Source of the DNA: Podarcis cretensis
Lineage: Eukaryota
Direction: 5' to 3'
DNA: 64,000 nucleotides
NCBI GenBank assembly: GCA_951804945.1
Contig: OX638155.1
Span: 61,380,001-61,444,000, forward strand
This document shows positions 38,541 to 49,905 of this stretch, piece after piece. Numbering within the stretch: the first letter of the stretch is position 1; the number at the start of each line of letters is the position of its first letter. The position numbers and the translations under genes are program-made. A model generated the notes under the pieces. The model was not told where the DNA came from, did not search any database, and was given only the letters and a program-made list of their open reading frames with translations.

Positions 38541-39173
38541 GTAAGTAGCTCTCTTTTCTTTTCACCAGCTTTCATATCAGCATGCAGGCTATCTGACTGA
38601 GCTGACTCATCATCTTTTTTAGTAGTGCAACAGAGCAAGAAGAGGCTGGAAGCGCAGATCTGGGGCTTTTTTTCACAGTATGAGTGATGATGTCATCTGC
38701 CAGAGGGCAAGGGCGGATCCTCTTTGCTCTGGACAGCAAATGAGGAGATAATGGCACTTTCACATTTTTTCTGTCTACTCTCTTCTATCATATGTGACAG
38801 ATGAGAGTAGAGCAAGGGTGGGTAATCAGACTCTGAATACCATTGACCCCTGAGGGCACAGTCAATGGGCAGGGATGATGGGATCTGTAATACAGCAACA
38901 TCTGGAAGGACATGGGTTTTCCAGCTTTGACAGCTTCTCTGCCCCTTCTGGGTGGCAGGGCCAGGCAGGGGTTCTTCTTCAAAGCTTGGCATTCTTGGTT
39001 AGGTGGCCAGGCTTTGTCCATATGCTTCCAACCCTACATTCGTAGCCATGGGGCCTAGAAACTTGAATAACATGAATATCACATCTGGTTATGATACTAT
39101 TTCGTATCAAGCACCAACTCTGTGATTTCTTCTTCTTCTTCACCGAATCACACAATAGACTTAGCCCTACATA

Positions 39174-39495
39174 CAACAACAACAACACGTTATTACGGTC
39201 GTAGATTAGCATAAGGAGGGAGGGGTAAAATCATTTAAAAAACAACATCACATTTCTTTTATTAAAAAAAAAACTAAAAGGAGGTAAAACAGAATATATA
39301 TATAAAAGTCCATAAGAATCCAAAAGAGATGAAGAAGGTCTAAAACAAGGGTTAGGAACATCAGACAAGAGTGAAAGAGCGCAAAAGGCTAGTATATATA
39401 AGACCACAGCTAACAGTCTACAGAGTACTCCAATATTAGTACTCATTATATCTAGTTTGTGGCACAGATCATCTGAGCGCTGCTGTGCAGAATCT
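39174..39495 (-). mobile_element. LINE 3' end (RTE-X-like) with (TTG)n tail, in the last PI15 intron
   Basis: Flanks ttagccctacata / ttagccctaaata (12/13 TSD); minus strand begins RFCTAALR* and ends tacgaccgtaataa followed by (TTG)n. Confidence 0.5.
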
Positions 39496-39600
39496 TTAGC
39501 CCTAAATAACAGATAGAAAACTAAACCTAATTGATCTGTTGGAGAGATACTTCAAACAGTGATTCTATGTGCTAATCACATTATTACTTTTATTCCTCAG

Positions 39601-39736
39601 GGGGAACTGGATTGGAGAAGCGCCATATAAAGTAGGGGTGCCGTGTTCTGCTTGCCCTCCCAGTTATGGAGGATCCTGCACTGACAATCTTTGCTTTCCA
39701 GGAGTAACATCAAACTACTTATATTGGTTTAAGTAA
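39601..39736 (+). CDS. PI15: PI15 coding exon 5 (terminal)
   Basis: ttcctcag|[44 protein letters not shown] (TAA 39734-39736); total CDS 777 nt = 258 aa. Confidence 0.97.
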
Positions 39737-42700
39737 AATAGTGCAGCATCCCAATAACTATTCTGGTCAAATGAGACTGTAACAAAATATTGTATATTGA
39801 ACTTTGCACATATTGTATGTAAATAATTTTAATAATATTAATAATAATAAATGTACTTTGTGAAGTAGTTTGAATAATTAGATTTCTGGATGTGGCAAAA
39901 ATCCTCTTCAGCCCTGCTTAATTGACAGAGTCACCCTTCCAGATCACTGATAGGCAGAGAGGGATATCATATATTTACAAAGAGAAAGAAAAGGAAGCTA
40001 TAGAAATGGCAAGTAATGGAGTGATCCACAAACAATCTCAACTAGGGTACTTGGATTTAAGGTAATGAAATTCTGCTTCCTTAAATGTCATTGGGAATAT
40101 ATTTTCTCATCTTCAAAAACTCCACCATTACAGGGTTGTAGTGATATGCAATGTTCTGAGTTTTACAAATGTCTTCTAGCCAAACTGGCAAAATAGATGA
40201 TATGTACAAATCAAGCAATTTAAGGAACGCAAATTAACTCTGTAATAGAACAAAATCACCTATGAATTATTCTTTTGTGTGTCTGTTATTCTTTAGAATG
40301 AGAAAAGCAAGTGCATTTTGGTAAAATAATAATCATAATGTTTGTAAAAAAAAAGGGGGGGGGGAGGCCTTCAGATGATTTTGTGAGGGAAAATTTACTT
40401 AAACCTTAGCAGTGTATGTTTTATAAAGGGTTCTTGTTCCAGAATCTAAGCAGTATTGAGCAAATGTTCTAGTTTATTTTTCTTCAAAGCATGCACGTTA
40501 CTGCAATTGTGGCCTGGTGCTATGGACTGGTTTTATCTGTGAGAGCACAAATAATGGAAAACATTGCTGCAGCAAGTAACATCCTAGCCATGTCAAAAGA
40601 GGCAGAACTTTCTGGCTATGCCCTTCTTGACATACCTTTTCTGACCAGATGCTCATACCTGAAGCCATAAAAGTTTCTTTGGGCACTGCAGGGTGGTCCC
40701 TTTCCCCCTTGGATTGGTACTCCCTGTTGAGAGAGCAGACCTGATAGCTGCTGTCGTGCTGATGCAGGTCCCAGGACCACATCAAGATGTTCAGTAACAT
40801 TAGATGGAGCTGTTAGGCTCCTTCATTCGTGGTAGAAAATTTGCTGCATTTGCCTTGTTCAGATTTGCTGTTCCCTATGACCAAGTCAGACTCTGTTCAG
40901 TACCTTTATCTTTAACTGGCTCTGTTCTGTTAAACTAGGTAACAGAGTTGTGAGTGATAGTTGTGGTTGAACCTTTGCAGTCATATATCTGAATGAAATG
41001 CCAGGCAGAGGAAGCATAGATGTATTTGCTGCAGATGACCACAGTAACATGTGGATGTCTGGAGCTGGGGCTAGCAGCATGCAGATGCTAGAGGTAGGGC
41101 CAAGAACACAATACTGCCCCCCATAATTATGTAATATCCCTTTCACATGTTACTAAAGAGCTAAAGCATAACTGATATTCATGGGTGCAACATCAAACTG
41201 ATTTTACTCTTGTGAAATAAGCTGTTGTTCTTTTTGTATGAATGATCTCCTCTAGGGAGAGGATGAGTGTTGAGAAAAATGCAAATCCTATATATTTTTA
41301 ATATTTTTTTTGGGGGGGGGATAAGTATGACATTAAAAACGCAATACTTTTTTAAAAAACAGTGTTTATGCTTTCTAAACAGAACTAGTAACTGTAAATA
41401 TATGATTCTGTAATGTAGCAGAAACTATTACATACATATGGTACTATTAACTGTTATTCTTCTACATTGTATGAATAAGCTGGTTCTGTGGAATAGCTGT
41501 CTTTCAACAGTTCAAGTAACAAAAGTTTTCTATTATCAAAGAGGTGCATAAGCTTTTTCACAGTCTACAACGATGGTGCTAAGAATGGGCGAAGGTCTGG
41601 CTGCATTGAAAGCAATGATTTATTTTTTTTAAAAAAAACACATTCCTTTCAGTGAAGCCAGGATTAACCCATTATAAACACACTGTTAAGTGCAACAGGA
41701 AACAAAAATGAGATAAGCTATTTCATAAGAGCAGCTTCGTTTTAAAAAGGCAGCAGGTTTTGGAGGGTTCAAAAAAAGTTCCCCCTCCACGCAGCTAGGA
41801 GACATTTCAATGCATCACATATTTGACTTATATGACTGAAGAATAGTAGGATGTTTTAAAATACTGTGTTTACCTGTAATCTTGTGTTACTTACTATCCG
41901 CTTTCGACTGATTGATGCCAGTGGGTTTTAAATTAGGTTCCTCAGAAACACAGAGATTATCAATAAGACGTTCAGTAGTGGCAGTCAAACTTTCCTGAAA
42001 GACAACTTGGGTCATCTCTATTATTATTGATCTTCTGTGATATAAAGGAAAGGCGGTTATATTTCGGGAAGAGCCTAGCAGGCCAGGTCAATGACTGATT
42101 GGCAGATGCATAGGTTCCTTAGCAGAACAATATGGGTCCCTTGGCAAACAAACTTATGTAGAAAACATTCCTTGACTATATGAGGTTTGAAAGTCATGGT
42201 TATATAATAGCAAAGTTGAGAAATATACATTTACCTCCATGGCCAGTATCAAATGGTGCTTGAGAGAACAGCTCCGTGTGAGGCTATGTCTTTTTTGCTA
42301 ACAACAATGGGACAATTCTAGAGAGAGCTTAGACAACAATCCATCAAATATCTGGAGCAACAGCTAAACTGCTGTCTTGCTTCATTGCTGGCAAATACAC
42401 AGTGTACAAAATTGGAGCAGCACAAATGTTGCAGTTTCTTTTTTAACAGAGGAGAAATTCTGGTGACTAGTCCCTGCGGTCTTTCACTGGAATTGCTATT
42501 TCTCTCAATGCCTTCATTATTACAGGGCTGCATGTTGATTAAGTTTAGGGTGAAAACTGATCAGTGACTTCCTGACTGGTATAGGCACACCATTGTAAAA
42601 ATACATTTTTGGAACATTGCAATCTTTTTCTCCTTCAAATATGAAACAAATATTTACCAAAAAATGGGGATGGGGGGGGGGGAGAGGACTAGAACAGAGT

Positions 42701-45700
42701 AAACTGAATTGGACTTCCAGATGCATGGTGAATCAGTGGGGTCCCAGGAATAGGAAGTGGCTAGCTTGTCCAAAATGTTGTTAGCAGTCTAACACAGCTT
42801 TCACATGTTTTAATAATTACTTGAGTATTTTGGCTGATTTCCTCACCAAACAACAATTTTTGGTGCTAACATTTCATGCTTATAGTGTTAACTACACATG
42901 ATGGTGCTAGAAATGTTTTCTTTGAGTGGTAGCTTTAATTTTGATATTACCAAATGTGCCCTGATAATTGTCACCTTCATGACAAGGAGAAGCAGATTGT
43001 CCTATAGGATACACAAAATCTCTTTACCAAAGCACTCTACATCCTATGACATCAACATCAGGTTGTTTAAATGGCTATCAAATCAATCTTTAGTAAAACA
43101 AATGAGATGAGAAAAGAATATAGGGCATGCAAACTAGTGGCTTAGGTTTAAAAGGGAACCAAATTGCTTTGGTAGAGTGCAGTACCAAAAAAATAGAGTG
43201 GTACTTAAAAAAACCAAAACCCTCACCTTTTTTGTAGGCTTGGAATTTATAACTTATTGATAGAAGCCTTTTGATTCATTTAAGAATGCCCTAATTAATC
43301 AGAAAGTGGTTGTTTTTTTTAAAAAAAACCCTTACTATTTTTAAAAAATATAAGTAGTTATAAAAACCACAAGAGGAATTCTGTCACACAGGAGGAAATG
43401 CTGAGCCTTCTGTTCATGCATCATCTAAAAAGCAAATAAAGTATTCATTTTGCTTCAGGACTATTGTTCTTACTCAAATCCAGATTTCTGCAAATTTAAT
43501 TGATTGGCCAACCAATTACTTAACTAAGAATGGTATTGCTTAAGGCGGTTAAACCACCCCACCTGAAGCTCTGCTGGGCTCTTGCCAGCAAGGCAAAGTG
43601 AAGGCGAAGGTGTGTTGTTATTGTGCTTTTCTGTTATTTTCTAGCTTTGAAAACATTCACACTTCAGCCTTCCCATTGGGAGCAATCAGAGTAAAAGACT
43701 TAGACCAGCACTTAAGCTTGCCTAAATCTCTGCCTGGTTTGGGACCATGTCAGGTGTCTGAGATAGCTTTGAATCCTTTTAATCCAAGCCATTTCCTGTT
43801 CCTCCATTAGCAAACCCCGAAACCACCCTGAAACACCACCCTTTTGGGCCTTGTCAATGTTGGTTTGACCAGGGCACCAGAGATTTCCACAGGGATGGGG
43901 CAGGGCTGTTCTGCTACATGAAGGGAATAGGAGTCTTCTAACAACTCTTGGCACCCTAAACAAACTACAGTTCCCAGGGTACTTTGCAGGGGAAGCCATG
44001 GATGTTTAAAGTGGTATGATACTGCTTTACATGTGTATAGTGCAGATAGGGCCTGGCATAAACAAAACTGATGATTGCAATCCATCTGAAAGAATGAATA
44101 TGAAAATGATGGCATATTCAAATAGATTTTTTTTTACCTTCTGCAAGAAGGAAAATATCAGTGGAACTGAGTATCAGTGGGATCACAATAATAATCAAAC
44201 TTCACATTCTGAAGCTGTAATGGTTTCTTTAAAACCCTTGTTGACTATAGTGCTATAACCATATAAGTAAATGGTTTCAAGACTCTGGGCTTTATGTAGG
44301 GACATTTTTTACATTCATCATAAGTAACTGTAGCAGTCCTGGTCACAATGACCCAAATGCTCCCAAACAATGATAGTTGAAAGTAATAGGCAGCCTAGTA
44401 ATAATAAATGTACTCTCTTTCTCCAAATTCAACATGCGATTAAATGGCAATCAAGCTGTTTCACTAAGCATGTTGTTGCCAGCCAGCTGAACAGCCCATA
44501 TATTCTACCACTGATGGAAAATCATGCAATGATGCACCAAGGAACCCATAAAAACAACTATCTCAGATGTATTCACTGATAATACAGCAACCTGAGGTAT
44601 ATTAACCCATAAAGCTTGAGGCCGCTTAAAGTTGTACACCCGAAATGTTTTAAATGTACCCATAAACCTTGTGAATTAGGAATGCAACAAATACATCTTG
44701 AACCTGTATATCATAGATCAGATGTCAAAGGCAAATTAGGAATATGGTAAGTAAGTAAATAAATGGAATAGAGATCCATGCACCAGGGAGCTCTGGTTAT
44801 CTGCGGCTCCATGAGAAGTGTGCACTTTGGGCCACATTCTGCTGCTACATGAGCAGCCCCGATAAACCATTGATTTTGGCTTTTGCTGCAAAATACTTAA
44901 TATATCTCAGTTTGAACAGTTTGTTTGGGAGCAAGTGCCATGGTAGGGCAGTGCTATGGAGTGAACGAAAACATAATTGCTGCTCACCTGGAGGGTGCAG
45001 GTTTGCGGCAGGGTGCAGGTTGAGGTTTTGTGGGTGCACTGGCAGTCAGTCCGATTCCAGCAGTGTACTCATGCAACCCAGCCCCCACACCGTCCAGGCA
45101 AGTAGTAGGAACACAACTGTGTGTGTGTGGGGCGGGGGGCTCTGTGGCACCCGTCTACCATGCCAGCTCCTCCTGTTCCTTGTACTACAACAAATGCCTT
45201 GTTTGGACATCACCACAAACTATAGCTTGTCATGATGTATGAAGTGAGAACTGCTTTTCATTAGCTATGGTTTGTCTGAACTTGCCAGATTTGTAAACAA
45301 TGGTTTGAAGTTGGTTGCTTGGGCATATAATTGGTGAAAATGAAAGAAAATATTTCCAGTCCTCCTTCATATGAATACTTGAGTCTGAGGAAGTGCACAA
45401 ACCTGAGGCTTACTCAGGTAGCACTACATTACGGTATTACATCCAAACTCAGCCGATGTTATGAGGACGGCTTGAGGAGGACTTTCAAACTTGCTAAATA
45501 CAATATGCTGATTGCTATCTGGAAGCAGCACTTAAAATGTATTTTTTATGTATTTATATGACAGAACATCTGTTTCCCTTTTATATTTCTGTAACCTTTG
45601 TTGGGTGTTCCCCACCTTTTAAGATTTCCTGAGAATAAAGTTCATTGTTTGACACGGGTGTTGCAATGAATAAGCTTATTTTCCCCCATATTATTATGGT

Positions 45701-45825
45701 TTTATTATGAATTGTGGCAAATATTACACTCTCTATTCTTGATCTTGTGGAAATATAAAAGTGTAGATGGTTTTGAGTGAATGTATAAGAATATGCATTT
45801 AAATAAAAATGGTCAGTATTTCATC
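39737..45825 (+). other. PI15: Probable long PI15 3' UTR (end inferred)
   Basis: AU-rich and nearly free of recognisable TEs to about 43850; clustered miR-29 sites; AATAAA at 45802 with upstream TGTA and downstream T/GT-rich tract. Confidence 0.55.
45802..45807 (+). terminator. Candidate distal polyadenylation signal
   Basis: AATAAA in good context; alternatives at 39846, 43435, 44403 and 45634. Confidence 0.45.
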
Positions 45826-46994
45826 AGTTTCATTGTTATTTTTGCCCCTTTGCACAAAAGTGTGGGATCAGTTTTCATTGGAGGAGCAGAAAATGCATGA
45901 ACAAGCATGCACTATATCACCCACATGCCTTGATTGGGATAGGTGTGTGTGAATCAGTCCTGATTGGTATGAATCAGTGCTCTATTGAAAGCGTATTTTG
46001 TGTCTCTTCGCTTGTTAGTCTGCACATGGATGTGAAGGGCTGGTCTGCCAGTCAAAAGACAAATTTGGTAAAGGCAGCTTCTGAGGGGAAATCTCATTGG
46101 GGAAAACCTTAGAAGATGCAGATTGCAAGACTCAAAAAGGCTGATTCATAGTTAAATTTGTCAGCAATTGTAGCTGCATTTTTCCAGGAGCCACAATCAC
46201 AGTGATGCCTTCCAGTTCCCTGCACATAAAACTGAATTTACACTCGTTTTTTTCATGTGGTTGTGTGAAAGAATGTTACAACTACTATGAACGAGGGTGA
46301 ACCAGCCATCATGTTTCTTAAAGCGCATGCAAAATAAATATGCCTCAGAGTACCATTTAGTACTATGCCCAGATTCCTAATTAGAGCAGTTTTACATGCA
46401 TAGGTTATATATGAATCTGCACCCAGTTTCTTGGTTGTGTGCCAGTCTGTAATGTTGTATTATTATAGCAAAGTAAAACTAAAAATAGTTTCAAATAACC
46501 CTTTGCTGTACCTTCAATTTTGTCAGTAATTATAGCAGCTAACTGATGACCAAAGCCAAGAATGTGATTCAGTGGGTTCATGAAGTAGGTTTATAATGCT
46601 GTCAAGCTGCAATAGGTCAGGTTCTGGACTGTTGGGTTCCAGCAAAGGGGGGAGGGGCATTGCTCTAGGCTGAAGCAGGATTGGGTTCCAGAGTTGGGTG
46701 TGTGGGGGGAGAGAGCCATGGGCCAGGAGGTGTAATCAAAACCACAAAGAAATCAATGTCTCATAGAGAAACCTGTATGAGGACCAGGTCAGAAGCACAT
46801 AAGCAGTCAAAACCAGGCAACCTCTAAAGCAGCAAAACCAGGCATGAGCAGGTTCTTGGGCAGTGTCCTCACACCAGGGGCAAGATCCTCAGACTAAGGG
46901 TCAAGTTCTGGGGATACTGCTTTACAGGACATGCAGCACAGGGATTGGCCCTTGGGAGTGTTGGTACTACAGACAGTGCCTTTGAAGCACAGAG

Positions 46995-47262
46995 AATCAT
47001 AACAAAAATTACAAACATTGAATCCAAAATAATACTATACAAACAAAAAACCCCGGAACATACAAAAAAAAACAAACAGAAAAGAAAAGGGAAAAAAACA
47101 CAAAGGAAACAAAACTAAACAAAACAAAAACGAAAAAGCGCACATCTACAGAAAAAAACCATATCATTATGTACATAAACACAAATTGACTTCCTTCCTT
47201 TGTTCTAAGACCTCAAAAAATTTACTCTTACTGTATTGTTGTGTCTAATTAGATTACTTCCA
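46995..47262 (-). mobile_element. L1 3' UTR-like segment, inverted relative to the adjacent ORF2
   Basis: Minus strand has ggaagtc followed by a long T/GT-rich tract, the same layout as the L1 3' UTR at 55356-55460. Confidence 0.5.
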
Positions 47263-47278
47263 CAAAATATTATAATAT

Positions 47279-49545
47279 ATATATAATAAGCTATATAAAG
47301 CAGGAAATGAGACAGAGGTTGAAATAAAAGAGTATTTATGTGGAAAGGATATACCTAAAATTAAGAAAGAAAAGATTCAAGAGCTAAACTCCCCAATAAC
47401 CACGACAGAGCTTCATCAAGCGATAATTAAGATGAAACTGGGAAAATCCCCAGGCCCAGATGGTCTTACCGCAATACATTACAAAAAATTAGAGGAACCA
47501 CTATTATCACCTATGAAGACACTCTTAAATTGAATACTAGAAGACGGGAAGATTCCCAACACCTGGAAACAGGCGCACATAGTAGTAACCCCAAAACAAG
47601 GATGAAATAAAGAGTTTATAACCAATTATAGACCAACATCATTACTAAATAATGATTACAAGATCTATGCACAAATATTGGCAACAAGATTAAAGACAGT
47701 TTTGCAGGATTGTATAAATAAAGAGCAGGCAGGGTTCTTGCCGGGCAGGAAAATGAGTGACAATATAAGAACAGTGATTGATATGATCGAGTATTTAGAC
47801 ATGAAACCAAGTAAGAAGGTAGCCTTTGTTTTTGTGGACGTGGAAAAGGCGTTTGACAAAGTATCATGGAAATTTCTAAAAATATTATTAGACCAGATGG
47901 ACATGGGAGACCAAATTACAAGAGGGCTAAAAGCAATTTATGAACAACAAGAAGCAAATATAATAATAAATAATGACACGACTGATTATTTTAAAATACA
48001 GAAGGGCACCAGACAAGGGTGCCCACTTTCACCTTTATTATTCATTTTGGTTTTGGAAATATTAAATCAAGAAATCAGATTGGATCAAGAAATAAATGGA
48101 ATATCCCTAGGAGAGAAAATATACAAAATAAGGGCATTTGCAGATGATTTAGTCTTAATGGTGGAAAATCCAAAGGAAAGCATAGCAAAGGCTCTAGAAA
48201 AAATGGGAAACTTTGGAAGGGTATCAGGTTTTGCTTTGAATAAAGAAAAAACGAAACTAATGGTAAAAAACATGGGAGATCAAGAGAAAAAGGAACTGGT
48301 AGAAAAATTTGGATTACAAATTGTAAAAAAAAGTGAAATATTTAGGAATATAAATAACAATGAAAAATATAAATTTGTTTGAAGATAATTATAAATTTTT
48401 TTGGGAAGAAACAAAAAGAGAAATGGAAACTTGGACAAGATTGAAATTAACACTCTGGGGTAGAATTTCGGCTATTAAAATGAATATTTTACCAAATTGG
48501 ATAACAGTGACATTTTGGATTTGGAGGGATGGAACAACAGATATGGTTGGCATGCCTATCTAATTTATAACAAAGTGGCAGTCCATAAAGAATTTCTAAG
48601 CCACGTAATTAGAAATGCATTATACAAGGTCTGGGTGAGACATAGAAGGTTGTTAGAACCGAAAACCCCATTGTGGGTCTCACCGCTAGAAGTAATATCA
48701 GTTAAAAAGAAAAATACTATAGGAAGAATGGCAACATACCAGCAGCTCTTAAAGGAAGAACAGGGCCAATTAAAACTAAGACCATACGATGAGGTGACCC
48801 AATACTGTACCACATGGTTACAATATCACCAAATTGCACAAATATTCAACCAGGATAAAGTAATAGGATTTGAAAAAGAAGAATCAAAATTACAAAAAGT
48901 ATTATTACAAAACTGAAAAATATATATATCCAAAATGTATAATTTATTATTAGAATGGGAATTAAAGGATGAAGAAGTAAAAGAAGTTATGATTAAATGG
49001 GCATGTGATATAGGATATGTAATTCGGCTGGACCAATGGGAGAAATTATGGAAATATGATATTAAATTCATGGCATGTTATGCAATAAGAGAAAATTTTA
49101 TGAAAATGGTGTACCAATGGTACTTAACTCCGCTAAAATTGGCTAAAATTTACAAATTAAAATCGAATACCTGTTGGAGATGTAAAAAAGAAATAGGAAC
49201 AATGTTTCACATGTGGTGGGAATGCCGACCTATTAAACAATTCTGGAATGAAATCTATGAAGAACTCAAAAAGATGTTTAAAATATCTTTCAGTAAAAAA
49301 CCGGAGGCATTCCTTTTAGGTTTAATTACAAATGATATCCCCGAAAATCAAAGGAATGCTGCCAGGATGCTTATAGCTAAAAACTGGAAAGGCAGAAAAA
49401 TTCCATCAGTGAAAGATTGGCAAATTAAATTTTGTGAATACATAAATCTGGCAAGACTCACAGCTTACATAAGGGGAAAATCGGACCAGAAATTATTAAA
49501 AGAATGGGTTTGTGCTAAAGAGTATATGAAAAAACATTGTTCTGG
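47279..49545 (+). mobile_element. L1 LINE ORF2 remnant (RT and C-terminal CCHC region), disrupted
   Basis: GKSPGPDG, NYRP.SLLN.DYKI, QAGF, D.EKAFD, GTRQGCPLSP, AFADD, CWRC..HMWWEC; contains stops, frameshifts and an internal deletion. Confidence 0.92.
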
Positions 49546-49574
49546 ATGCTTTACAGGGTTAAAGAAAAAGAATA

Positions 49575-49680
49575 ATGTTGATGTTTTATCGTGTTTTTAA
49601 TATTCTGTTGGAAGCCGCCCAGAGTGGCTGGGGAAATCCAGCCAGTTGGGTGGGGTATAAATAATAGAATTATTATAATA
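49575..49680 (+). mobile_element. Short L2 3' tail
   Basis: ggaagccgcccagagtggctggggaaatccagccag..ggggtataaataat. Confidence 0.8.
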
Positions 49681-49789
49681 TTCTTATCAACCAGTCATGC
49701 AGGAAGGTAAGGCACAAGAGCTGGATCACTGGCAACCCCCGTTAAGGACAAACATCAGCATCTAATATATACACAATACTGGCCCTGCC

Positions 49790-49905
49790 ATATTTTGATG
49801 TATTTTAGTGTATTTTTGGTTTCTATGGAAGCCGCCCAGAGTGGCTGGGGAAACCCAGCCAGATGGGCGGGGTACAAATAATAAATTATTATTAGTATTA
49901 TTATT
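49790..49905 (+). mobile_element. Short L2 3' tail
   Basis: ggaagccgcccagagtggctggggaaacccagccagatgggcggggta followed by (TAT)n. Confidence 0.85.

Noticed and set aside
23923-39736. Venom CRISP/helothermine-like toxin gene
   Set aside because: Sequence and exon sizes match PI15 and it ends NYLYWFK without the CRISP C-terminal ion-channel-regulator domain
45380-45440. Possible Penelope-type hammerhead ribozyme (ctgagga.. motif)
   Set aside because: No correctly placed GAAA core or pairing stems found
46600-46870. Possible old LTR split by the L1 (with 49690-50060)
   Set aside because: No termini or TSD could be defined
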